Shown in pieces: positions 1 through 16,015 of a stretch of 64,000 bases of DNA. This DNA comes from Lingula anatina. Its lineage: Eukaryota; Animalia; Brachiopoda. A program made the position numbers and the translations under genes. Location of the stretch: the NCBI GenBank assembly GCA_051362555.1, contig CM120641.1:42476401-42540400 (forward strand), written 5' to 3'. The notes beneath the pieces are model-generated. The model was not told the DNA's origin. It did no database searches and worked only from the letters and a program-made list of their open reading frames with translations. Position 1 is the stretch's first letter; each line of letters opens with the position of its first letter.

Positions 1-62
1 ATATAAAGTGTATCTGATTTATAGCACTTAACTGGTGGTGGTATCAAAACCAGTGAACTCAC

Positions 63-3000
63 CATGTGCAGAGCAGGTTCCTGGAGCAAGTGCTCCCTGG
101 ATTTGGCACTGTGAAGTGGTGGCAAGACATTGAGAAACTTGAGAAGTATGTTGATGTTCTTTCCACTGACACTGGATAACTGGAAGATGGGGGCAATCCT
201 GAAAGAAAAATATCAGTGTCACAAACCCCTTAAGAAAATAATTATTTTTCCATTTCTAAATGCAGTGATAGCTACATTTTAATTGTAAAAAAACAATACT
301 ATGGATAACATATGAAGCTGAAAAAATCAATCCAATTTGCATTCAAAAATGGTTAATAAATATAGTCTTTACTTTAATCCATAAATTAACAAATAAACCC
401 CTATTATGATATATATCAGCCGTACTACAGTTCTAGAATGTTACATGTTACAGTAGGAATAAATAGGAATCTTACTCATTGGAGTTAAACCTGGTGGCTG
501 CAACCATGGCATCATCTTCTGTTTCCACACGGAATGGGATCTTATTACACCCAGGTGACTTCAGCAAGCGTTCAAGGTGTGTTATAGTGCGCTCAATGTA
601 AGTGGGGCGACTCATGTCTATTTTACTTATAACGTAAAACACCGGGACATCCACTGCTAAGGCAAGACCAAGATGTTCTTTTGTAGTACCGGCTTGAAAA
701 ATTGAAATAAGAATTGAGAGTTTAATATCAAGTGAAGGATATTATAGTTCTTCATAACTTCATAATTAATATTGGACATGTGAAAATATACTGCTTTTTA
801 TCTACAGAGTACTATATCAACTCATCAATTTTTTCTTCTTTATGGCAGCCTTAAGATTTCATTAGGAATGCACACATTGAGAAAAGCAATGTCTCCCAAA
901 AATTTTTTGTTTTTCAAAATTATACACATTGTACCAGCAACTGACTGGGTATCACAAACATTGTAACCAGTATCCACATAAATGGTTTTATTTAGAAAAA
1001 TGCATAAAAAGACAACAGGACTTTATAAATTCGGCTGTACATACCTATGCCAGTATTGGCACTAATAACAAGCATGGCGAAGTCGGGGGCATAGCCAGTG
1101 AGACCAAATATCGTTGTCTTCAGGTATTTGTGATGTCCTGCCAAATCTATCATGGTTATTAGCTTGCTGGAGTTCTCACAAATTTCTTCTATACTACGAG
1201 ATTCACTATAGTTGACCACCTGGGGAAGGAGAAAAAATTACATGTAACTTTGTATGGTATGTAATCATGCTTGGAGTTCAAAGGTTGTGACAAAAAATTC
1301 CCATAGACAGACACGAGTCACCTTTTTTGTCCTAAGGGTTTGTAAGCTATGAACTTACCAGATTTAGGTTAGCACATTATTAAGAGGAAGATACAGTAAA
1401 CTCATCCAAGTACAGTACCCACAACATTTTAACAACTCTTTTTATCATAGATTTGCTTTAAAAACTAACAGGAGCAAGGAACGCAGCACTTGAACAAATT
1501 TATTTTACAGATTGTTGCAGTTCCTTTTCATTCTCACCTCTCCATTGTTTGTAAAACCCAAAATCTCATGGCTAATACTAGATGTCCTGCCAGACTGAAT
1601 CTCATGCAAATGTCTGAACAAGTTGAGACGTGCCCGGCCATGCCCATTGTCCAGTTCTCCCTGTGTAAGCACTCCTAGCAGAGTGCTCTTTCCGGCATCT
1701 GCATTCCCTAGCACTGCCAGTCTCACATCTATAAACTGAAAGGCAAATAGAATTGTGTTAGGAATTACAATGAGGTAATTGTGTCGGGTGTGACAAGAGA
1801 TAATTGCAATAAGTGTGACACTTAAATAATTGGCTTTAAAAAGGAGTGTGTGCCTGTGTTTGTTTGCATGCTTTCATCCTATTAAGCATGTTTAGGACAT
1901 AGGAGGTTACAATTATCACAAATCTACATACTAGTATAGTGTTGTCTAATAGCTATTAAGTGAACTGGTATGTCCCATGTTTACGTACCTGTTGGTCATC
2001 TGGGACTTTCCTGACCAGAACCTCTGCTGCACGCCTGCATACAGCAGTTGATTCATCTTCTATCGTGCGATCACGAAGGAGTGTGATACTAGCACCAAGT
2101 CTAGAATAGAAATCACATAGTATCTAAATTTATATTGTTAATTTGTTACCAACTAAGCTGTGAAATGCAGATTTTGAAAATAAAGAAAATGAAAGTTTAT
2201 TGTGAACAAAATTCACTTTCTTGTGAAATTGGGAAAAAAATAATACATCAGCACAAGCCTCGTAAGGTAATAACTCACCCTCCTGTATCAAAGATTCAAG
2301 TGACAATCAAGTGAGGAAAAATTTTATATCACCTCTTTTACTATGTAGTTTGCTTCATATTTTTAGTAACTAAACTTACTTGTCAGCCATCCGAGTCAAG
2401 GTTTCCATGGAAGCTGTCATTTCCTCCTCCGTAAGTCCAGCTAACATCCCACTGTCCTCTACTCCTATCTCGTATATTGCTTCCCCCTCTCCCTCTGCCA
2501 GCCTCCATTTCATCTGAGTGACCAAATGCTCAAATCTGCTTACTGATGGGTTCACTAGTTTCAACTTGAGACAGATAAGAGGCACAGTAATAAAAGTCTC
2601 AACTTTCACCTTACTTTAATTTTAGGATCAAAGGTTTATTTTGATGAACTACTATACAATACTACACACAATCACAAAAAGTGTATCAAAGCAGTTAAAA
2701 TTAAAACAGACTTCTCTTCTTCAGTAACTCATTAATTTCTTGTTTAATGCAATTAAAAAACATTTTGTCCAAATATCATTATACATGGGTTGTACATGAC
2801 TTCATGTTTAGTGTCTTTCTCAAAATTGTGAACCTTGTTTTACTCAGGGGCAGATCCACAGTTATTTACTGACAGTCTTCCAAATTATCTATGTTGATTC
2901 ATCCTCCAATTTTGACCGTCTTCCAACAGAAAAAATAGATACCCGTCAATGTAAACTTGAAAATCTGACCGTCTTCCGGAAGACCCAGAAGACGACCTAA

Positions 3001-3855
3001 ATCCGCCCCTGTTACTAGTAGATATTTGCAATCATATTCTCACCTTATATTCAACATTCCCTTCTTCAATCTGAAAAATAAATAAATGAAAAAATTCAGG
3101 CCATTTAAAATACTGATAGTATGAAAAAGATGTCAAGTAACTATATTACACTAAAATATTTGGATGTTCTTCTGTTTGGAGTGTAGTGACTGGCAGGGGG
3201 AGATCCAGGCTCAACAGCCAAGTAGGAGAGCACTCACATGGTGTATGATGGTGAACAAGTGTCCTGGTTTCAATTCCCAGTCAAGTTAGGCATTGTCCCC
3301 CCAAAACACTACAGTATTTTAAAGCATTCAAAATGAAACATTTAGAGAAAATTAAAAATATGACTTGTAAACTCTTTTAAGTGGGCAAATAATAATAATA
3401 AAATCAAATAAGATAAAATATTGATTTAGAATTTATGGCTATCATAAAAAAACATCCACTGCGTTTGTCAAGCAGGTTTGGGTGTAGCTGGTTCCGTGTA
3501 CGGTAAATGATAAGGTAATGGTTGTCTATGACATTAATCATGTCGGGGCTTGTCCAACAAACTTGCTGATCAACGAAAATTATGTTTACATACACTGTAT
3601 ACAGTATGTATTGAGCTCCGTAAAAATCAAAACCTTTCAATGACTTTGTGCACGATTCGAGAATTACATCCTGATTGAAAATGCTATATAAACTTTTTCA
3701 ATTATGAAACTGAGTCTTTTAAAGTGAGGCAGATTGCATGACACAAATTTGACAGGAGTACAACTTGCACGGTAACTTACCTCCGGCGGGAGAGCAGCTG
3801 GTAAAACATTTTCGTCCGTGGTGTTGGGATCGAATAGTGCTATACTATGCTCCAT
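63..3855 (-). CDS. GTPBP2: GTP-binding protein 2 (translational GTPase); 3' part lies outside the window
   Basis: Exons 3855-3781, 3070-3044, 2564-2380, 2100-1989, 1735-1538, 1219-1045, 692-476 and 198-63 are all GT-AG and frame-consistent. Motifs [46 protein letters not shown]-loop [26 protein letters not shown] and SKID match GTPBP1/2. The EGEGEAIY segment and [10 protein letters not shown] favour GTPBP2. Confidence 0.92.
2845..3011. mobile_element. ~167-bp MITE with CAGGGGC(A/G)GAT termini, in a GTPBP2 intron
   Basis: Ends are caggggcagat...atccgcccctg, with TTACT on both sides (2840-2844, 3012-3016). A diverged inverted copy is at 28988-29156. Confidence 0.75.
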
Positions 3856-6584
3856 GACAAAGCTTCCATCCTACGAAACGCCTCCAGTTGTTATGGGGCT
3901 CGTTTATCTCCAGACCCCTTCACACACACTTGCACAAAACTGACGAAATGTTTGTAAACTCAGCTGCAATCGTTGGCATATCACCTGTGAAGTGTCCCGG
4001 ATGTTGATAATTAACAAGACAAGCCACCATGACGGCTGGTTTATCGTTGATTTATACCACAAAGGTGGGAAAGTAACATTATACACCAATGTCAAAACTT
4101 TTTTAGAATGCAGAATTATGAAATGTAAGTCCGCCCTATATAAAATTAGTTCCATAGCGTCAGATGACCCACTTTATTAACGCTTGGAGGTGCTGCCATC
4201 TCTCATGTTCCATGAAAATAACTTTGTGCTTGCCTGACTGGTGTCCCATTCTTGTTACAAAAGAGCTTTTCAGAATTGTGCCCTGTTATTAAAACCAAAT
4301 CGACTCAATTACACACACAAAAATAAATAAATAATATTTTTTAAAATAAATAAAAATAAAATACTACACAAGAAAATATGAATTAAGCATGAAGTTCTGA
4401 TTTATTTCTATATCATGGAAGGCCACTAAATTGTGAGCAAGTTTAACTCCAACCTGGAGAAACAATGATGATGATGTCAAGATGCATAACACACATAAAA
4501 CAATCCAATAGTACTGCAGGTCAAGTCAGGTCCGGTTATGTCATAATATGTTCTTCCAGCATAGGAACAATTTTCCACTGCATCACTTATATAATATGGT
4601 ACAATATAAAGCTTTTGGCCATTGGGCATTCAACCTTTCAGTGAAATGTGCAAATGTCTCAATAGTTTTTCGCAATATGGGCATCCATTAGTAAACGAGA
4701 ATATCATTCTCCCCAGTTTTACTTAAAGGAAACAAAACTTGACCTCTGACCTCTCAAAACAAGACAAAAAGCCTGATTCAAGTTGCCCATTTTCTTAACA
4801 GTTTCACCACAAAAAGCTAAGATTTTTTGTTCAAAAACTAGCAAGCTGAATACTTCAATTCCATCATTGTTTTAACCAATTGTATCATTTTAGTAACATA
4901 TTCACATATCTTATAATCAGATTACTAAATTTAAATTTCTTTTTTTATAGGAAACTGCCACACCCATGAAGATACCCATTGTAAATAACCTTTTCCTGCC
5001 TGACCATCTAACACTAATGAGCACTTCATACTGTATCAATATTGTCACTAATGGTGGACAGTAGCTTGCTGGTGGGGTGGGATATAATATTTTACAAAAA
5101 GAAAAATAAATGATATACAAAAAGAATACACATGTTCACTATTATTCACAAGTGAAGATCAGCTGCATTCAGTCTATAATAATCCAGGATATAATAATCA
5201 TGCACTGATGGCTAAGTTTTGTAATCAATGATATCAAAAGGATATTTAAGAGATAATGTCTTTGCAGTGTACAGTTTTATCTCTATTTCTATGTCCAACA
5301 TATGAGTGACAATGCATGCATACTATTTTAACACATTTAACTGATCCAACTAAAAAGAACACGTTTGTTACAAAACAGAAATAAATTATTATAAATCTAC
5401 AGGATGAAAATGATAGCTAACTGCAAATGATGAGCTGAAATGAACATAAAAGGGGTGGGAGAAACGAAACGAGGGGGAGATGTTAATGTGACTTATTGTT
5501 GTGAATTTAAGGAAACTGAAACCCACTTGCCTTCATAAACATTTCAATGAAAAGCTGATGCTACAAATGAAAAAAATGTCAAAAAGCGTGTGTTTTCTAT
5601 TAACAGGTAAAGTTAATGTGCCATCCTTATCACAGAATTTTTAACTAGGAAGCAACTGAATTGTATTATTAACATTAAACTGGATGACTGTGGAGATATT
5701 TTGGCATATGAGAAGGTGCTGGCTAGCTGCCCCGGCACAATGGGCATAACAAAATACAAGGAAGTAATATTCTCATTTCTTTGTCAAAGACATTATTTTT
5801 TACATTTAAAAGACCCAGAGGTATGCTTTAGGATTATAATCTAGAGTACAACTTGAAAAAAATCTTGTTTAAGCTACAAAGATTTGAATATCAATTTGTA
5901 TAACAAAAGTGTCCAAAAACTGGAAAAAAAGTGTAATCCAAGTGGTGAGAATGTTGTCATGGTTATCATAAAAAAATTTACAATATGCAACAAAACAATA
6001 TCGTCTTGAAAAATTGTGACATTTTCATTGTGATCACTGTCACATCTAACACACTTCATTTTCCTCTTTTGACAAATACCACATTAATTGTGACAATCAC
6101 CATCACACTTACTCCTAACCTGGTGTACACCAGCGTATCTTTATGACAATGCTAATGAACTAAAAAAAAAATACAACCATTTCAGAGACCAACTTGTAAA
6201 AGAAAAATGTAACACCTTATTTTCTTTTGTAAAGTTCTTCCATGCTAGAATGAGCAAAAGGTCGCCATCCACTAAACATAACACCACCATGCCAAGTGGT
6301 ACAGACAGTTCCACAGATTAATGCAGCACATAGCCTGCTATTTCAAATAACACATGAAAAATTCCTCTCCAACGCCACAGTGGTCTTGCATAAAAAACGA
6401 CTGGCTATATATCAGATGATATATATATGTATATGTATTCATATAGATATAAAGGTCAAGATCTGAAGATGTATAGATCGGGAGTAATGTCCCAATCCTA
6501 TGGCCCATCAATATAATTTCTGGGCACTGCACAATGTTTGTGCAGTCAGCTAGTGTAAATGTTCAAGGTAACAGAGTTCAAAGT

Positions 6585-9953
<3,369 letters not shown>

Positions 9954-9966
9954 TTTGAACTAAAGC

Positions 9967-10003
9967 TGACGTCACACGTGTTCTTTAGTGCCGCCCTCTA
10001 GGG
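9967..10003. promoter_or_regulatory. Adjacent CRE (TGACGTCA), E-box (CACGTG) and CTCF-like motif just upstream of the PP1-beta ATG
   Basis: tgacgtca 9967-9974, cacgtg 9975-9980, and gtgccgccctctaggg 9988-10003 (reverse complement CCCTAGAGGGCGGCAC resembles the CTCF core). Motif match only. Confidence 0.5.
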
Positions 10004-11815
10004 TTCAATGTTAGCACGAACATTGCTTGACACGTAGGCGTGGGGGCCGGGGAGGGGTCAGTCCCCCACTTATTAAACGACGTCAGTATGAGAAGGGACA
10101 GGTCTAAGTGGACCCCCCCTTCCCGTCGCTATTTGATTTTATTTTACTCTATAAAATTTTATTATTTTTTATTTCGTTGTCTTATGTTATTTATTTATTT
10201 ATTATTTTTCATTTTATTATTTTTCTTATTTTTAATGGTTAGCCGGCTGAACATAGTCAACATGCACATAATAAGATTTGTTTCTTGTGCATCTGTGACA
10301 CTGTACGGGCGGTTCATGTGCGCGTGTTTTAAAGTTAGGATGTTTATTTTTCATGAGAATTCCAATGTCAAGTAGGCTACATGTAACTAAAATGAATCGT
10401 CATGATAAGTGGAATAACCAGTTGTTTATCATTAAATCTCAGGATATAGGTCTATTAAAAAAAAAACAGAAAAGTTAAAAAATGAAGTTAAAGATATCTT
10501 CGCGAATTATACTTTTTTTCTAAATCTCTGGTGGGAGAAAGTGATAAATCTAGCTTTTTGTGTAAAGCATAGTCGTCAATTTTAAAAATCATGCTAGAAA
10601 TGTTCGTAGTATCAAAGGTTTTGAAAAGTTTTGAAAATATCAACCCTCGTGGATAATATTTGCAAGTTATTAATACCAACAAAAATTTAAACTACTGTAT
10701 GCTATAGGGATATTACAAGATGCACGTTTGTTTTACTGACACATAGCCTCAACATGAAGTATGTTTTTTCACAATGCCTGGTACCGAAGGTTTTGCAAAT
10801 TACTTTCCCAAAGGATGTACCTGAATTGAAAAATGATGACCAGCGTCAAAAGCTTTTTCCATTTTTAAAAATTCAGCGACACGCAGACGCAAGCTTTTTA
10901 TTGAGTTGTTAACCATTCTGGACATATTCTGAGACGTTAAACATCATATTCGTTTCATGATAAGCTACAGATTTTCTATGTTAGTAAAAAATAAACTAGA
11001 TTGATTGGAGAACGTGATAGGTAAGCCTAAAAAGAAATAATTAAATAATTAATTAATTAAAAACGGTTAATTTTACAAATTTTTGTCATCATTCTGTCAC
11101 AATTGGGCTTCGCTATAGAAAAATCTGACCTGTATTACAGGTATTACAGGTATTATGCAGTTTATGTTATTTTAATATTAGGCCTAATTAAAATACGGGC
11201 ACTGTGCCTATAGAGTAGTGAAATATTACTCTCCTTGTGGAGAGAAAATCAGGTAGAAGTGTTGGACAGTTGAATTTTTTTTCTTACATATAACACTTAG
11301 CTCACATGGGAAATGAGAGAAAAAGTATGTACTGGATACATATGTCTGAGCGCGCACGTTTTGCGGGTTCCAAGGTGGGGGGCGGAGGTAATTTTGGAGC
11401 GTCAAAAATTGTACTTAGAGTCTTAGATGAATTAATATTTTAGACTTCAAATTGATTCTTGTTTTTATTTGAGCTTTCGTTTTTTTTCTAATATTTTGTT
11501 TTCCACATTCAAATGTGACCTTGTGTAAATTAAATCAGTAAAAACGCCGAAACTTGAAAGCAGAAGAATCAAGTCGACAGTCAAGATACAGATAAAACGT
11601 TTATTTTTTTCTTCTGAGGCATACAGTTTTGAGACATGTAAGTCTATGCAATATATAAATATTTAATTGAAAATTACTCGTGGACGTGCTCACAGAGGTC
11701 ATGCCTAACCTTTTCCGTTTATTTATTGCTTAAAATGTTTACACTTTGGCGTGTGGGTTTGACCTTGAAAATTCTCGCTGCATCTGCTCGAGAACATTCG
11801 AGATTTGTATCGGAC

Positions 11816-14800
11816 ATGATGAACTCTGATGTAGATCCTACATCGGATTCGAGAAAACGGCCCCTGGACGGGGAAATGGACAGTGGTAATTCCAAAAGGT
11901 CAAACCAGGGTGCAGGTTAGTCTCGAGACCCCTTACAAAGATATCTCCCCTTGTTCAGACGCTGAATGCTTGCGGCCCAGAAACGTGTTGCTCCCCATGC
12001 CGAGTTTCACACTCGACACAGCGTGGTCTGCTACGCGTCCTCTGTAACATTGAACATAAACATGAAACATATTTGCGGTGCTTCTAGAACGTTAGAGTTT
12101 GCGGCGTGCATCAATAGACGCTGTTTTAAATTTTAGTACTTAAAATAGTTATTGTGTGACTAAGAGAGACGTGACGTTTGTCGGTACTAAGACAGTGTAC
12201 ACCCCTCCCTCCCCCAAACTAACAAGTCTTATTTTCAATGTTTTTCGAACTCGGTTATCTCGCCACTTTGATCAGTGTCTCTGCTATGTCAAAATTATTT
12301 TTAAAGACAACTATTTGAATTTTTGGGTGTTTTTGCAAGAAAATTGGAGCTTATTCAAATATAATGGGAGTTGAGTTCATTAAGTGTAAACAAAAATCGG
12401 TAAGTGAATTCTAAAACTTATACAATTTATTTGTATAGCACAAACATTGATCAAAATCACTACGTAAACTTAATCTAGAAAACATTAAACACTTAAATAC
12501 ATATATAAAGTTGTTGGACATACTGCATATATGTCCATTTTCCAAGGTGTACAGAGAGTTTTTAACAAGTGTGAAAACCTGGATTATTTAAGTTTTTGGA
12601 AGTATTGACTTGGATTGGGATGGTGTTTGGGGGGGGGGGGGCAGTAAGATATAAATAGTATTAAAGGTTGGATACTTTTGGTGTGGGAAGTACAATGTTT
12701 TCAGACATTGTTATGGGGCACTTGTCAAAAGTCTCACATTATTATGGACACTTGAAAACTAGCATGGTGTTCACAATCTTATTACTGTTAGAACTTACAG
12801 TAGCACAACTTGAGATTAGTACATAAGCTAGACTAATTCCTTTAAAAAGAGTTGTCTACAAATCTATAAACTATAAAAGCTATAAATTGATAAAAGGTAC
12901 CTTTTGCTCACTTCTGTAAGTGAACTCTTCAATCACAGGATAAAAAAGTGTTGAATTATGTTTCAAGAATGTTATCTTTTTCAGCTGACAATGTCCAACT
13001 TAAGGTGCTTGTTCCAAGTATTGCAGCTGGTGCCATCATTGGCAAGGGGGGAGAAACCATTGCACAGCTTCAGAAAGAAACTGGAGCCAGGATAAAGATG
13101 TCCAAAGCCAATGACTTTTATCCTGGTATGTTATATGGGGATTTTAGATATGACATATATGCATGACATGTATGTTTTTTGGATGCTAGAAAAAAAAAAT
13201 TGTCTAATAACTAACATTGTAGTGCATTGTTATTGTTCATATGAAAAATTTTGTGGATATTTATGATAGATTATGATAGATAAGATAATACATACAAATA
13301 TTGTGCTTGTTATTCTTCATGTGATTTATTATTTATCGCTTATCATATTTTTACCATACTAGAGTATTTGTGCCGTATAACCAATTTATCATTTGTCAAA
13401 GATTCAGCTGTTTTAATTCCAGGAACCTGTGAGCGTGTGTGCCTTATGACGGGTAATCTGGAGTCTGTGCTGAATGTCAATTCTTTTGTCATGGATAAAA
13501 TTCGAGAAAAGCCAGACCCCAATCCTAAACCGGTAGATGGAGAGGTCAAGGTCAATCTAGAAAGACATAAACAGGTACAGTGCAATGTTGAAGAGACCAA
13601 AATAGTAAAAAATTTACAACTTTTTTTCCACACAAGCAAAATAAATTGAGTTGTTGATGTGTAAGACCATCAGTTGTTGCATAAAACTATACAACTGCAG
13701 ATTTATTCTGCTTCACATTTTATTTAGGCTGAAAGTTTTAGATGAAAAATGATCCTTGACAGGCATAATGATTGACTTGCTCAGAGACTTTGAGAGAATT
13801 TTTTAGTAATTTATTTGTAAAAAACTTGGTATATCTTTAGAAATGAGTTACTGCAGGATGGCCTTTATTCCATTATCACTTGAAATAAAACTGTCCAGAA
13901 ATGTGAATATTTTACCACTGTTGCAGCAGTGACATTATGCATTATTGATCTTCCTGAAGCAAGGAGGGGGCTGTATGATAAATAATAAATCCTTGCCTCT
14001 TTTAGTTCCATCATTCTGATACCAAGAGAGAGCTATATTGATTTCAGTTTAATTTTTGAGTTATCTTATTGTTTGTGCCATATTTCCAGGAAGTGACATT
14101 TTGATATAGTTTTAGTAAACCCATCACTTTTCTAGCCTTCTCTTAAAAATATGACGGCAAACATCTTTTCGTTGTATTTGCACCCAATTGCAATTTGTAA
14201 TGGCATGATTTTATGCTGGCATATATAGAGTAGCTATTGACTTGTATTTATTCAACTGTATGCTATTAATTTGTATTTCATTTCTTCATCCAGGTCAAGA
14301 TTCTGGTTCCCAACAGCACAGCTGGCATGATCATAGGAAAAGGTGGGGTCTACATAAGACAGATCAAAGAGGAGAGCGGGGCCTACGTACAGATTTCACA
14401 GAAATCAAAAGAAATGAATCTACCTGAACGATGCATCACTGTGGCAGGTATGCAGGTCAAGCTTTACTTATTCAAATGTTTTTGACATTTATTTCTCCTA
14501 TATTGAAATATTAAGCAGATTCATACTTCAAAGTTGTCATAAATTTTTCAGGTTAACTTGGATTTTTTTTTTCCAGAAATATGGAAATTTTGAGATTTTA
14601 AATGTAACAATATGACAGACATTTTTAGGTTTACTAGGAATTTTTTTATCTCAGGGACCGTTGTAATTTTAATGAAATGTTTTAACAAACAATACATCTC
14701 TGTTTATTCATTAATTGTAAGTGAATAACTGTAAGTAAGAATTGACAATAAATAAATGACAACATCATTTTGTCTGTTTAGCATTATGGTATGCTTTAGG

Positions 14801-16015
14801 TACCAGATGTTCATTTTTCCAGGTGAAGCTGATAATGACAAAGCAGCTGTCAAAATGATCCTTCAGAAGATATCAGAAGACCCACAGAGTGGAAGCTGCC
14901 CCAATATAAGTTACGCTGATATATCCGGACCGGTGGCAAGTTCTAACCCAACAGGGTCTCCATTTGCGCATGGCCAGTCAGGCTCCCGCAGTCCCGCTAG
15001 TCTTCTCAATGGCAGCAATATCGGGCAGAGTCTCAACAACCTCAATTTGGGTGGCGGCGGACCCAGCAGTAATGGCAGTGGCGGCGTTGGGAATGGCACA
15101 GTTGGCGGCCCAGGCGGTACTGGTGGTAACATGGCAGTGGAGAATCTTCGAGCTGCATTGAGAGGTAGTGGCTATTCTGACCAAGCTGCTGATGAAATAA
15201 TTGCCGCTCTGACCACCCTGGCTAACTACGGTCTGCTTGGAATGGGGCTGGGGCTGGGGGGCCTGGCCAATCTTGCTAGTCTCACACAAAACCTGGGGGG
15301 TCTCATGAATGCCTCCACCCCTGGGAATGTCAGTAATGGTGCCTTTGCCTCTGGGAGTGGGGCCGGGGGTGGGGTGGCCAACCCTGGAATGAACAGTGCT
15401 AATTCCCTCCTCGGAATGCCCAATAATGGACAGCAGGCAGGGAGTGGAGGAAGTAATGTGTTTGGGCCTGTGGGTCAAGCCACAGCCGGGTTGATCAATT
15501 CGGGTAACAACACCTCTGGCATGTATGGGAACAGCAGTGGGTTTGGTGCCGAGACCTTGTTCAGCGACTCCTATGGTGGCAATGGTATGAATGGCGGGGC
15601 ATTTGGGGCAGGGAATTATGCAGGGGGCATGGCAGCTGGGGCTGCGGGGGAAAAGAAACATGTCATGGGAGGGCAGAATCAGAACTCTTTCGGCCTTGGT
15701 ACAGGGATTGGTTCATTTGTGGGCGGGGAAGGAGGAGGGGCTGGGGATGCAGATGGTACGAAAAAGGAGCTTGAAGTTGCCGACACGCTGGTCGGTGTGA
15801 TCCTGGGCCCTGGGGGGAGGGGTATCACAGAGCTTCAGCAATTTACAGGAGCAAACATCCAAATCTCCAAGAAGGGAGTGTTCACCCCTGGCACCCGGAA
15901 TCGCATCGTGTCCGTCACTGGTAACCCCAGTAACGTCAGCCGCGCGGCCCTTATAATCCAGCAGCGTATTAGCCAGGAGGAAGTCAAGCGTGCACGACAG
16001 AGTGGCATGCAGTGA
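11816..16015 (+). CDS. NOVA: Nova/Pasilla KH-domain splicing regulator (3 KH domains)
   Basis: Exons 11816-11915, 12985-13125, 13423-13574, 14294-14447 and 14823-16015. NLS-like DSRKRPL, KH1 [15 protein letters not shown]2 [24 protein letters not shown], a Gly-rich linker, and KH3 [12 protein letters not shown]...[14 protein letters not shown]. Confidence 0.95.

Noticed and set aside
3210-3300. tRNA/SINE-like A- and B-box remnants (agccaagtagg...ggtttcaattccc)
   Set aside because: Too degenerate to fold as a tRNA, and no second copy in the window to define a SINE.
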